Positions 12,780-26,000 of a stretch of 64,000 bases of DNA are shown here, piece after piece. The notes beneath the pieces are model-generated. The model made no database searches. It was not told where the DNA came from and saw only the letters and a list, made by a program, of their open reading frames with translations. Source of the DNA: Marsupella aquatica. Taxonomy: Eukaryota > Plantae > Marchantiophyta. The stretch lies in assembly GCA_973895155.1 (NCBI GenBank), contig OZ316891.1:19803048-19867047 (forward strand). The letters are read 5' to 3'. The position numbers were made by a program, and so were the translations under genes. Each line of letters opens with the position of its first letter. Position 1 is the first letter of the stretch.

Positions 12780-14440
12780 TCAGGCATGTCAGCTCTCAAA
12801 GTCGTAGTGCAAATTCGTCAAGCTCCTTGACATTGCCGTGACACCTGCAAGAAATGCTCCATAACTAGTTGCGATGTCGATGGTCTTACACTCGAATTTC
12901 GTTTCCGTGCCTCCCAGACATTGCATGGCATTGTCCCGCCCGAGCATCAGCAGAAATTCTCCGGTCTGGATTGGGATGTTGCTACCCAAGGCCGGTGTTC
13001 TCGTTGTTGAGTATGATAATCACGCGGAGGAAGGCTGTCGTCGACAGACAGTCCCACAGTGTCGCGAAAGTGGTGATCGAGGGGTAGACTGATAAATGAT
13101 GAAGGATAGAAATATAGTACGATATAGCAGCACCCTACACGAGCGCGCGACCCAGACTTCTTTTCTCTGCCTCAAAACTGTGTAGCCCGCCTGCATTCCC
13201 TTAGGTATCTATCTATCTTCGTGTCTGTTATGTATGGCAGGACCGCCATTTCAGTGGGTCCGACCTCCCTCTGTCAGTGATTCATCACTATTCACACTTT
13301 CACATATACCGAGAGAGAAGGAGCGAAAGTGGAGACGAGAGCAGCACCACCACATGAGTAACGTACCGGCGGTACCACACATCTCACCCCTTTTTTTTTT
13401 TTAATTCTCTCAAAAGGAAAGAGGGAAAGCCCATTTTTTTCCCTTTCGCCGTGAACTTGTCTCATGAAATAATACTATAACGCATCCGACTCTTTCTCAC
13501 TTCCAGTCACTGCTCTCATGCTCCTTCCCTGGCTCCCTCCCTCGCCCACAATGAAAAGGTGATCACCATCAGTATTCCCCTCCCCTGATCCTCACCAAAA
13601 CGTTTCTTCCACTCTGTCCAATGCTGGATGGCCTGGCTAGGCTACTGCAGAGTGCAGACACCCTAGTCGGGTGCCGTCTGCGATTTCGCACTGGGGATCT
13701 AAGTGGCTTCCAAAGCAGCTGTCTTGTAGCTAACACTGTAGCTACATACACGAAAATGATCACATCCTACAAGTCTAAACTAGAGCAGCTCCCCGTACCT
13801 ACAAAAAACAAATCCCCTGTGTGTTTTGGAGCTGTCCAAGCTACAGTAATGAAATTTGTCCGATGATCATCAGCACTTCTGTAGCTACACGAGAACTTCA
13901 GTTCTGTCTACTAGCAGCCTAGATTTTCTGCTAGTAGCCTAGAATTTATACAGAATGGAGCTATCTCGTGTACAGTAGTAGACCACTTCTGTCTTGGTTC
14001 TAGTATTCTACATAGGTGTGCTTTGTCCTAGACGTCTGATCGTCCAAAACCTACTCTCTAGATTTGTTTGTGCTGGAGGACTGTACGGCGTATGTTCAGG
14101 CACCCAGATTTCTTTTGGCTAGTTTAGAACTTCCGTGTTCCGTGGCTCTCTTCACAAAAAACACTTTTACTGACAACTCACCTATGCGCCTTGTTTCATG
14201 CCGTGAACGAGGGGGAGGAGAGCCTTCTGATCTCTGAAGTCTGAAGGAACACAAGGGTGGCGAGTGTCTGAATCCCTTGCCGCTTGGCTGCTTCAACCTT
14301 GGAAAACGGGCTTGGGCACTGAGTGGTCTGAGCGTTGTTGACCTGGGGCTTGGTTGTTTTTCTCGTGACCCATGGAGGAGAACAAGAGCAACCTTAGCAA
14401 AGGTTGTTTCTAATTTTGTTTCGACTGTGTCCTTCAGATG

Positions 14441-14628
14441 CAAGGGCAAATTTCTTGATGCTGAAACAAAACATCAAAAGCAGTCACTCGTTGACGGTTA
14501 TTCGAGCATAACTCTGTAATGGCAAACATGATCTCAAGGGCATGTTTCTCAGTGCTGAAACAATACATCAAAAGTAGTCATTCGTTGAGGGTTATTCGAG
14601 CATAATTCTATAACGGCAAATATGACAT
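14441..14628. repeat. 94-bp tandem duplication (diverged)
   Basis: caagggca...gctgaaacaa...catcaaaag...ggttattcgagcataa... occurs twice, starting at 14441 and 14535. Confidence 0.85.
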
Positions 14629-17600
14629 TGATCGGGCAATTACTTATTTACTCCTCAAGTAACGTGAGTAAAACATAATTTTAGAGGATCTTGCTGTATT
14701 CTATTTTATTTCATGAATGGATGCATTTCAAGATCTCCACATTGAATTGCGCACAGTACAGAGGAATTTCAGGTGAAGTCGGTTCAACTCAGTCATAGAG
14801 CGCCCAAATGAGGAGCAAAAGTAATCATAAAACACAGTTTTGTGACAGATGAGTGCAGTACTGCGATTGAAGGGGAGCCGAGTCTCAGACACGTATGGAG
14901 ATCAGCCAGTGAGTTACTGGTCCTTCAATCTACTGAGCACCTCCATAGCTTCATAGCTACAGTACCTCATCAGTCATTCATATAAAGTTATAAACTACTC
15001 AACAGGTAGCTCCATAACTCCAGACAGAAGTACTCTACATCTCTCCAGACAGACAGTCACGTAGATTTGGACTGTAGATCTCGTGTAATTAAGATAGGTT
15101 TAGAAAGGCCCCAGTCTGGCTCAGAACCCAATGAAGATAGATTGAATGATCCACACTGTCCGTCCACAGGCACACACGCACTCCATTGCACAACATCAAA
15201 ATCACAACATCCACCGTTCTGAACATTCCGGACCAGGCGCATGTACAAAATATTGTGTGTACCGTGACCCAATAGACTGCAGTGCGCATTTTTAAGGAAC
15301 GTTCATGCTGATTATAAAAACGTCTGGAAGTGGGGTGAGACCCGGCTCAGGACCACCTCCTGTCCTCATCTCAGCTAATCTCGGGGGCAGTGCAGTGCTG
15401 CATTGTATGGCTTGCCTCCTTGAAACTGCGCCCAGGCATTCCATCTGAGTCTGGCCTTCCCAGTGATTGCGCATGGGCTGTGCTGGGCTGGGTCTAGGCT
15501 GAGCATTGGCCGCAGCTGTGCTGATGAGCAGCTGCTCACGAGGAGACGTGCTATGCTCCGTACTCTCTCATCTCTCTGTCAGTCACTGTGCTATACAGAC
15601 TGTAGTGCGTGGCTTGGCTTGCTTGCTTTGTTTATTGGAGCGGGGGACTAGATCAACAGCCATAACTATTATGATTGCTCTCTGTCGGAGCCTTTTGTTT
15701 GTCAGAACCCGAAACAAACGGCATTCTCGAGAGCAATCCATCATCCATGCCACATTGCCATACCCAATCGTCACTGTCTAAATTCGTGTTTGTTGCCAAC
15801 AGAATGATGATGATGATGCAGCAGCTTCGTAAATTCGAGTTCTTTCCAATGATTCGTCTCGGCTCTCTGCACGGAAAGTTCGCATCTCAATGAATGCTCG
15901 GAATGACTGTGCTTTCCTTTCATTTGCACGACTGTCTTAAAGACTTTGCAATTCTTTGTCTTACGACTTTGCAATTCTTTGATTTGAAGTACACAGCTGC
16001 AAAACCGTTAATGGATTAACGCTTTTTCTGGATACTGTCGGCAATCTCAAACGGCGTCTTCCACTTTCTTCAGATCGATTGTACCAACGACCGACTGTCG
16101 TGAGAGGTTCATTACATTCGTATAATTTCATTGCTTTTCGGACGCTCAATTTGGAAACCCAAGCTCCCAAACGCATGTTTTTGTTTTTTTTTGTGAAGTG
16201 CCACTGTCCATGACAAAACCAGGATGCTCTTTTTTCTTAAAGTGCCAGGATACCCAGGTTTCACCCTCGAGGACAAGAATGTGAAAATGAAGTCTTAGAC
16301 ACTTCTACTTTTATATGGCCAAGTGGTGGTTTAAATCACAATATATATGAGCTACGGGTTATCTTAGCTTAGCTCCCATTATACAGTGCAGGTTCAGTTT
16401 CACGAGGAATGGACTTGGATTCCACTTTTTATGCTGAGTACTAAATGGACTTGGGCTCCACTTTTTATGGTGAATCAAGGTTCAGCAGGGGCATGAAGTA
16501 GACGGGAGGGAATGGGGCCCTTTTCTGTAAGCAGGTGTGGAGAACTTGCTCTTGAGCAAAGATACTCGAACTGTCTCGCTTCAAAACTTTGTTTATTTTG
16601 TAGACTTTGAACTTTTTCTAGGATGCTTGGATGGAGAGTTGAAACCCCGGTTGAAACTCGGATGAACAATCTTAAACATGATTTCTTAATCGGATAAACC
16701 TTTTCTATTCAAAATCCTTCCGTCAAACATGGTGGGCCACCGTAGGATCAAATTTTCTTGAGGGAGGTAGTTTCTAAATAAAAAAATCCTAGAACAGAAC
16801 AAGGGATAGTCCACTATATACGGTGGAAAACAACCCCAAAATATATGTTTAAAGATACAACAACAAGCACACCCAAAACCAACCTATAAGACACAGTTCC
16901 TCATAAAGTGGGGCCAAAGACCTAAGGCCGTTTGACCAGGGACAGCTAAATCAATTTTTGTAATTGGAAACAAGAATCGGGTGAGATGCAAGTGTTCCAA
17001 GTATCAACTCATATACACCATTGTCTAAAGGTGCAGCAGGGTAACCTCCACATTGTAAAGGGCAGAAAATAAGCAGACTTACGCATCCTCAATGTTCAAA
17101 GTTCTTGGTATACTAGGGCATCTCAATACTTGTGCCAGGATAACATTTTTTCATAACTTAAGAGTTATGGGAACTCCCGTCAAAGTTATGGAAGCCAAAT
17201 CTTTTATTACTGTAAGGAAAGCCCACAGGCTAAATACTTAACTCATAACTTTAACAACTTTCCCGTAACTTTATGAGCAAATATGGAATTCCAGTAAATT
17301 GTAATTGAAGGCACATGGCATTGCACCTGAGGTGGTGGCTGATAGAGACTGAAAGAAAATTGTTATTTGCAATGTGACTGAGGTGAGGCAGTAACTCCTG
17401 CCTTGTGAGGGGGGTCCATGCTACCTCTGGTCATCTTTGAAATTTCTTAACTGGTCCCATAACCAGAGTGAGAGGGTGTACCACAACTCCATAACTTTCA
17501 GCCATGGCCAGCATTAAGACTTGTATAAAGAAAACACTGGCAAGACTTCAGGTCCCAAGCTCCACTGTACACGCGGATAATGGGGGCAGGGGATCTACTG

Positions 17601-18616
17601 TAACATACATGGACAAAATGGGTCTTGAGATCAGGAAATGAGAAGGATTAAGAAAAGCGCCTTTCCTGGGTTGGTTTCCGGGCTTGCATTCCCTTTGTTT
17701 ATTTGAACAAAACGCTTCTGTATATTCCCTTAGCCCTCCTTCCCCTTGATTTGTGGGCCTCGAAGTGGGCGCATTATTGTCACCTTCGTCCTACTTTCCC
17801 TCATCTAAAACTAATATCATTATTATTTACTTTATTGTCCGAAGACGAAAAATACTGAATTCTCGTACCAGTTTAGCGTTTTGGATAGCACTCTGGTAAA
17901 AGGTGCTGCTATCCAAAATATTTAGTTTTGAATGGAGAAAGTTTCAATGGTTGCACTTTAAAATGAGTATAATTTTTTTACTTCAGGTTTAAACAACAGC
18001 CAGTCATGCACCGGCTTTACTTGAAGTTTTCAAACTACAAAAGTATTTACAAGAAGTATGGGATCACCACAAGGGGCTCCTCATACTTACATTTATCACC
18101 TAGAAACAAAAGGCGCCCAACCTGTATCAAGTTTTTCACCAAGTTACTATGAACTATTTCAAAAAGAATTGACAGGAAATGCAAGGACGGATTCATTGGA
18201 CTCAATCACGGGAATATGATGGTCAAGTTCTTTTTGTCTTGATTGCCTACCCCCATGGGAAGTTCTTTCTAAAATCATTGGCGCCACTTGCAACCACATC
18301 ATCACATGATTGGTCACAAACATGAACAATGTTATCAACAAGAAGTAAACACAAATGCTTGTGCATGTTTGACGCAAGATAAGGAAATTAAAATAGATAC
18401 AGCCAGTAACTATAAACGGATAAAAATTGAAAAGGAAATTTTAAAATAACAAACAATGGCATAATTCAAAGAACCGGTTGGGATGTCTTGTCAATGATAT
18501 ATAAATGTTTACATAAAAAAAAATTGTGTTTTTTAATTTTTTGAAGTTTATAAGAGAAACCAACCAATAGAAGTATAATCTTTAGAACCTTTCAGTAAAA
18601 CAGAATAATATATTTC

Positions 18617-19090
18617 CTTAGTACTTCATGATCTTCAAAAATTCATGATCTTGTTAGTCTTGAAGAAATTTGTCAATGCTAGGTTCATTGAAAATATAGA
18701 GGAATTCAAAAACTTGTGATCTAGTTAGTACTTGACAAAATCGCTCAATATCACACTCATTGAAAAACTAAAGAAATTCAAAATACATGATCTCCTTAGT
18801 ACTTGATTAAATCCCGCAATATTACACTCTTTAGAAAGCTAGAGAGATTCACAAACTCATGATCTCCTTAGTACTTGGCAAAATCTGTCAATGGCAGGCT
18901 CATTGGAAAGCTAGAGAAATTTAATACCTTGTGATCGATCTCCTTATTACTTGAAAAAATCTAATAATGCCAAACTCATTAGAAATCTATGTAGAGAAAT
19001 TCAAAAACTCATGATCTTCTTAATACTTGACAAATTTGCCATGTCAATCATGCTCATTGGAAAAATATAGAAATTCAGAAACTTAGTATT
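18617..19090. repeat. Degenerate ~72-bp tandem array, ~6 copies
   Basis: Recurrent CTTAGTACTTG...CTCATTG(G/A)AAA...AGAGAAATTCAAAAACTCATGATCT. Confidence 0.85.
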
Positions 19091-20565
19091 TGCCTAGATC
19101 TAGTAATGTTAGGATTATTGAGAAGTTAGACATTGTTGGAGGGAAGCCCAGGGTTGGATGAATGGAGAGATTATTGGTCCAGACTTCAAGGCGATTGGCA
19201 TGCTACATACAAACATCCTGTGGAACCAGACATTTATACTTACTTTGACTATTCGTGGTGTGCCAGGTATTATGTGAGGTACTTTGGAGCATTTGGCTGC
19301 GTTTGTGACTTTGATATCTGAAGAAGACTCTTTAATCACCGTTGGTCATTTCAAAATTTCTAGAGCACGTAGCTGCTGCTACAGTAGCAAAGGTACCAGG
19401 GAACCATCACATGAGAGTACTACGGGCTAGAATCAGAAAGATCCCGATGGTGGGTTTTCTTTAGTTTGGTTAGGTTGAGTGCTCAAATGCCTGATTTCAG
19501 TTGAATAATGCTGAATAAGATGGAGTAGGTATCTGTTGTTCTTGGCTGAAAGTCTTGCTAGTAAGATAATCAGTCGGCACATTTGACAGACCATAAGGTG
19601 CTGATATGCAAGGTTAGGTGGACAGTGTATAAGGATAGGGAAGGTTAACATGTGCACAGCAGTTTATTTGCTAAGGGCAGGACTAATTTTCTCATTTAGT
19701 TTGGGGTTGATGGACTACTAGTGTCCCATGTTGGCCTCTCACCTTGACACTGGCCCTTGTCACCCCAACTTTCTTCGTTGATTTCTTTGGCCTTCTTGTG
19801 CTGACATGCATTCTGGGGCCTGTTGGTTCCTCCCATCTTTGGTGTTCATGCTGAATAGATGTTAATTAAAAGAAAAATAAAGAAAAATAAAGGCTTTGTA
19901 TGCATCTAGAGTTAAAGTAATAAAAGAAGTTGCATAATTTGTCTAGTAAATCTCTATTTGGAACAGCCACGTGAGTTGTCATTAATTCTAACTCATTCTT
20001 TAAATTCATTTTAGAGTTGCCTAAACTCTCCAATGATTGACACTGAAGCATATTTATTCATTTATCTATTACGGACCTCCTTGACAAGTACTTTGTAAAA
20101 TTCCCGGTGCGTCATGCCTCCATGTCAGTGGTTACGGAACCCCATTAGGGGTCTCTTGCAAATTTCCTGGCACGAGTACGTGTCAAATCAACATAGACAA
20201 AGACAAAGAGGACACAACTGTTTTGGGGGAAAAAAACAGTGCCCAAATCCTGTTTGTGGCAAATTTTGTGTAATAATTAGATTGCCATGCAGTAAGTACT
20301 AGAATTAAAAGTAAACCAAAGACAAAGAAAATGTCAAATTTTTAAACACTAACCGTTGTAGTTGTCTTTTTTTCATATTACAAAATAGGATAAATCTTCA
20401 ATATTGGCAACAATTAAAACGGTTGCCAAAAGTTGGCAACTGTAACCACCTCTGAAGTTTGAGATTCTCACCAGTTTGGGAGGCCCATTCACTGCTATTT
20501 GCCGAGAAAAAAGATGTGGAAGACAAATTGTCTTCCTAATTAAACAAATACAACAAGAAATTGAG

Positions 20566-20805
20566 CATATTGGGACAATGCAAATCTTCATTTCTGGCTT
20601 TCCACAATTGGGCTACACTGCAATCCTTTAATGGTGCATTGATAGTTTGTCATAAATTGCAAGATCGACAATTCTCAAGGGTGGATGGATCATATTGGGA
20701 CGACGCACATCTTCATTTATGGCTTTCCACAGTTGCACTGCACCTCAATCCTCTAATGGTGCATTCACAGTCTGTCATAGATTGCAAGTCAGAGCAACAA
20801 GTCTC
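20566..20805. repeat. ~125-bp tandem duplication (diverged)
   Basis: catattgggac...atcttcattt.tggctttccaca...aatggtgcatt...gtcata.attgcaag at 20566 and 20691. Confidence 0.8.
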
Positions 20806-21210
20806 AGAGGTCGACGAGAAAGCTGGACCTTTCCAATCGGGAAGCCATACCCACCGACCAAACGACACACGTTCCTCAGGTAGTGCTCATGTTCCCGAAT
20901 CTCACTTGCATTGTGCATTTGTTCATTCATATCAGAGTGTGATTGTTTTGAGCTCTTGGTTGAGTGGCGTTTTTGTGGTGCTCATGGAATTGGCGACTGT
21001 ATGTCCTTTGTTGCTTGCCAACATCAATCGCTCTGCTACTGTTGATGCTGATGCCAACATCAGCCAAAGAAAGTGTGAGGTAACCTATGGTTTCGATGAC
21101 GGCACCAGTCAGCTTGCTGCAATAGCCCTCGAGCTAGTCTTGAGCGTACCCATGTTCTCCGATTCTCGTGATAATACTCTATAACTGCACTCGACTGCAG
21201 CTAAAATGTC

Positions 21211-21495
21211 TCATGAAATCAGCTACGATAGTCAATGCCCCAATACACATCCACCATTGCAGCCCACTATTGGAATGTATAGTATTAGCTCCCTCTGCTA
21301 GTTTGATTCACAATGACTTGGCATCACCATTTGTTTTTCCTTCAGCTGCTTTGTGACATCCTTAGCTGAAGACCCAAACACTTCAATCCACATCTTTGAG
21401 AAAAGGGCACATGCTGTCAACATAAAAGTGAAGTAGAACAATGCATGCAAAGGATTGGCTTCAATGTCTTCCAAACTGGTATTAGGAGGAGTGAT
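21211..21495 (-). pseudogene. SEC61A: Sec61-alpha (SecY family translocon subunit) C-terminal fragment, disabled
   Basis: [56 protein letters not shown]...(frameshift)...MCIGALTIVADFM closely follows conserved Sec61-alpha ([42 protein letters not shown]); has a stop and a frameshift. Confidence 0.9.
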
Positions 21496-21619
21496 TATCA
21501 ACACACATTGATTCAGCGACAGAAGACCGAGACAAGTTCTTCCTTTGCGACATCCTTAGCTGAATACCCAGACAATTTTCAATGTATGCCTATGTTTTCT
21601 GAATCCTCATCCTCGCGTC

Positions 21620-21700
21620 ACCTATCTAGGGAAAAAACTTGCTGAAATCGTCATGAATACACCTATATAGGGAAAAAACTTGCTGAAATCGTCTTGAATA
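21620..21700. repeat. ~40-bp tandem duplication (CACCTAT.TAGGGAAAAAACTTGCTGAAATCGTC.TGAATA)
   Basis: Two adjacent near-identical copies. Confidence 0.85.
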
Positions 21701-22582
21701 CTACGACTATGGAAAGGATTTGACAAGATGCCCCAGAGATGCTAGCACTAAGTAACTGATTTCAATCATTCCAGACAAATGTCTGAACTCCGGTTAAAGA
21801 AAAAGAAGAATTTAACTTGAATTTGTTTTGGTTGCAGAACCACACTACCGAGCCTGGATACTCCTTGATTCATTGAACGGGCTTGGAGCACCTCACTGTC
21901 AGATTGTTCCGCATTGACTAGAAACTATGCAAAGAAACAAGGGGTGGTTAGAAATATCGTTATTAGAAATGGAAAGGATGAGATTTGGTTCCAACACAAC
22001 ACTTAGTGTGTTTCATAATAACCATGGTCCATCTCTGGTCAAAAAATGTGCTGAAGTGATAAGATAGTTCATTGCCCTTGTACATCAAAATTGATCCTTG
22101 ATACCCCACTAAAATCTCGTAAATAATGTAAAAAGATCGTACAAGGTCACACAATTGATCAGAAAGAAAAAAAGTGTCTAAAGAAGAGTTTTTAAATGCC
22201 ATCTTGACGTGTAGAAGTAATATATATGGAATCCCCGTCCTATAAGTGAACCGTGACAAATTGAGCTGAGTATGGTCGGGAAGTCAATTCACATTTCATT
22301 TCAAAATCACTTTCAAAATCACAATTTTCTCCAACAAGTATGGAGAAAAATAGCCGCGGTTGCACTCCATCCTACTGGATTTTGCACCTATCGATAAGTC
22401 ATGATAAAGTAGCATTCTAGAACTCAACATTGGTAGGGCCTAAAGTACTTTGGGTCAAAATTTCGTAGCTCCTGAACTCACACACCTGCCCATTTGTCCC
22501 TAGACCAGCAGCGTCCAAATACAGTACGCTTAATTAAAGTCACAGCACAGGCGAGCAATCCAGTCAGGCCTGACATCACACA

Positions 22583-22607
22583 AAACCCTAAACCCTAAAC
22601 CCTAAAC
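22583..22607. repeat. Interstitial telomeric repeat / telo-box (AAACCCT)3
   Basis: aaaccctaaaccctaaaccctaaac, ~400 bp downstream of the MTR4 stop. Confidence 0.85.
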
Positions 22608-23013
22608 AATCCTGGCAAAGAACCGCTATTCTCTGCTTGTGCCACAAGACTCTAATCCTTAAAGCCATGGAAAGTCAACTCTGACGGTCCTATACATTAA
22701 GGTCAGGAAACATCTTTCATTCCCTTCTTTGCAGCTTATTATCTCCCGGACTGCCAGATAAGGGACAACCTTGAAAGGTCTTCCTCCTGTTGAAAGGTGG
22801 GCGAGCAGCATGCACGGGAACCATCAATTACCTACCTATAGTACAGCCGTGCTTTAAGCTACACCTAACCATAGGATTACAGAACACCTTAGCCTCATAG
22901 TTGTACATACTGGCGAATTGATGCACTTGATTTAGCAACAAAAGTACCTGGCAGAGAAGGGCATCTGAAAAATCTGACAACGCCATGGCAAATGTTCACC
23001 TGGAATTCTAGGA

Positions 23014-26000
23014 TCATAAATAAAGGGATGCTGCAAAGACAATGTCCCTTTTGATCTTTACAATGGCCTCTTCAAACTTGATTTCTAGCTCTTGCGCACC
23101 AATAGCCTTGGATGCCACAAGAAGTTGCTGTAAAACTTCTTCCAGTCTCCTGAAGGCACGAACCAGACTTCCCTCAAAGACATTCGTCAATTTCAGAATC
23201 TCTGAGAACTTGGCCCCCTTAGCCCATGCATAGGCAACTTCCATGACTTCTGGGCGGAACGAAGTGACATACTGTTCAACGTCAATTTGCATCTACAAAG
23301 CAAGCACACTTGCGATTAGTATGGGCTTGCCATGAGATATGACAAATCGAGAATATAATCAAATTTGAAGCAACACAAGGACTTTGAGAGTCGCCATTAT
23401 GGAATCTAGCAGCAAGCCTGAGCTTCTAAAGCCCATCAAGTAAAAGCGATGGTTGTCCTCATGCAGACTTATAACAGCCGATTTATAATTGCCCGAACTA
23501 AAAAATTCACGTTTGGGACGAACAAATTGCAGGGGAATACCTTGCTGTCAAGTTGTACTTTCCCAACCCTCCTTGCAACATCCTGCAGTTGTGAAAATGG
23601 ACCTGCCAAATCTTCCTGTAATTTCAGCTTATCCTTCCCCTTTTCTTGCCATACAAAACATGACACTAGGGCCACAATTTGCTCCACCGACAGTTCCTTG
23701 AATGTCCCAGCAAAGATAAGCTCTGTGAGGATAAGCTCATCGGCACTACTGATTTCACAAGCAACCCTGCCCTTCATCTCAACGACTCCATCCACTGATG
23801 CGTATCTGCACAGACATACCAGGAAAATCACCCAACTAGTCGCGGAATCATCCTGATATCTGCAGCTCCTTGAGCTCCGTATTTCTCATGCTTAAGGTTT
23901 TGTTTTACTTGGACAATGTTTATCGGTTGATGGGAGTATATGCTAATCGAAAAGGAAAAGCCAGCAAAGATGTAACAATTCCTGACAGAAAAACTGTTTT
24001 ATTGAGGGAAAGCACAACAAGATTCAAAAGTATCACTGTTCTACAGTGCACGTACCCTAAGCGACGAAGAACACGTTTTCGGGACTTCAATTCATCTTTG
24101 AATACAAGCGTTGACGCTGTTCGGACCTCTCCACGGGCAGCACGAATGGCTGCATTCAATTTGACCTTCCTGTAAAATGTTTTGAGTTGCTGTCTAAGGG
24201 TTGGCGATTTTGCTATCACATGATCGGCAATCATGCTTTCGATAGCTTCGATCCGCCGAACAGCTTTCCTGTATGTTTTGCTTTCCACCTGTGCCACATG
24301 ACCAAGGTTTGATTTGCATGGATAAGTGTTAACAGGCGTAAGAATTACATGAAAATACACATTCCAAACCAAAAGGGAATTCTAAGTGCTCTCTGAACAT
24401 TCTACACAAAGATATACAACACTATGCATCAGGTTCAGAAACTCGATAAAGTTCGTGGAAGGACTATACAGCAGCAAGGTGGAACACGACACGATAGAGC
24501 CCTCTGGAGGAATTGCAATAACCTGACAAACTAACACGTGGGGTTTTAGCAAGGTTATCTATCAACAAGTTTGTCCTACACGATTGCACTATCCAACATA
24601 GTATTCACAATTGATTATGCACGAAACATGTTTTCCCAGCACCTGCATGTCATCTTCTGGATCCAACAGCTGAATCCCATCGGGGAAGCGACGTAAGACC
24701 TCCGAAACTGTTTTTCTGCAATGTTCTCGTGGTTCGATGGCGCGGAGGTCCTTCGGAATGTATGTACGGACAGCACTTAAACTATCCAGCTGTATTGACA
24801 AAACGTATCAATTTTAGGTGTCGAACACAAAATAGCACAATCTCGAGACATTGTTGAGGCCGCTGAAAACAAATAGGATAAGGATGACAAGAGAAGGATG
24901 ACAAGAGAAAGGTGACAAGAGAGATATACTGCACCTGAGACAGTGGTACCCCAGCCACAACTGGCTCCCCAGGCTCATCAATGGAGATGGGAACCACAGC
25001 CTTCAGTCGACTTTCCCCATCCTTCTTGGGTAGACTATTTACAAGTACATCCACAAGAACCTTTGGCTCCAATCTGGGACCCTCCGCTGCATTGAAACCC
25101 CGATTTAAACTTTTCAGTACTCATATCTCTTAGATTGTCCATTCAACACTTTTCAGTTCCTAATCTGGCAGAGTTCAAACTGCACAAATGTACTAAAACC
25201 ACCCTCCATGAGGATACTACTCACCTTCTTCAACATCCTTCCCAGCAGTCTGAATCTTTTCAAAGTTCACAACAACGCCCCAAAAACCCTTTTCCTCCTT
25301 TGTTAGCAAAGCTTCTTCATCAATGCCATCAGATGGTGCGGCAAGGATCCGAACAATTCTGCCAGGTTGAAGGAACGACATGCAATGCTTTGGTGCAAAT
25401 ACAATCTCACGTATGGTGCTCCTGAAGTCTCTCCACTGTTCTAGCAAGGAATAATACTCTTTTAGCTTTTCCTCGTCTTCAATGTATATAGAGTCTCTCT
25501 CGTCTTCCAGCTCTTTCAATTGTTTCTGATGCAACCCAAACCAAAAAACGATGTCATGACATAGTTCAATCAGCATCTCACCAATCCTGACGCTCAACAC
25601 AAAAGGAAAATATTACTTCGACTTAGATGCAGCCATTAAGACTCGGCTTGAAATCTCCTCACCTTTAGTTTTGGAAGAGAACGGTCGGACTGAAATTGAT
25701 AAAATGACTGTCTTAGTAACACTTCAGGATAACTCTCTTCCGAGCGCATTTGATAGAGGAGCATATTATAGCTCAAGTGAAACGCACTGGTCCACACAAC
25801 CATATTAACAATATCTCGGTTAGATCCAACAAAATAAATCTGTCAAAAACATCTCGGCAGGAACTGCAAGCTGATTTGTAAAGCACCACCAATCATCAGG
25901 AAATCTTAAGCTGGGTATTGAGATATTTAAGTCGACCGGGTCTGCTGTAGCTGGAATGTATGTCTGGAAGTACTCATGAAAACGTGGACAAGACTGAGGA

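Noticed and set aside
13515-13545. CTTCCCTGGCTCCCT resembling miR408 or miR160
   Set aside because: Only a partial match, and no complementary hairpin arm was seen.
19133-19321. 62-aa ORF with RLQGDWHATYKHPV, loosely like Druantia DruA/DUF4338 (DW..RYG.PVLLETFVD)
   Set aside because: The match is too short, LETFV is absent, there is no ATG start and no supporting context.
20561-21184. 207-aa ORF
   Set aside because: Non-ATG start, spans a nucleotide-level duplication and has no recognisable domain.
22583-22607. Chromosome end or telomere
   Set aside because: Only about 3.5 repeats, internal; treated as a telo-box or interstitial repeat.
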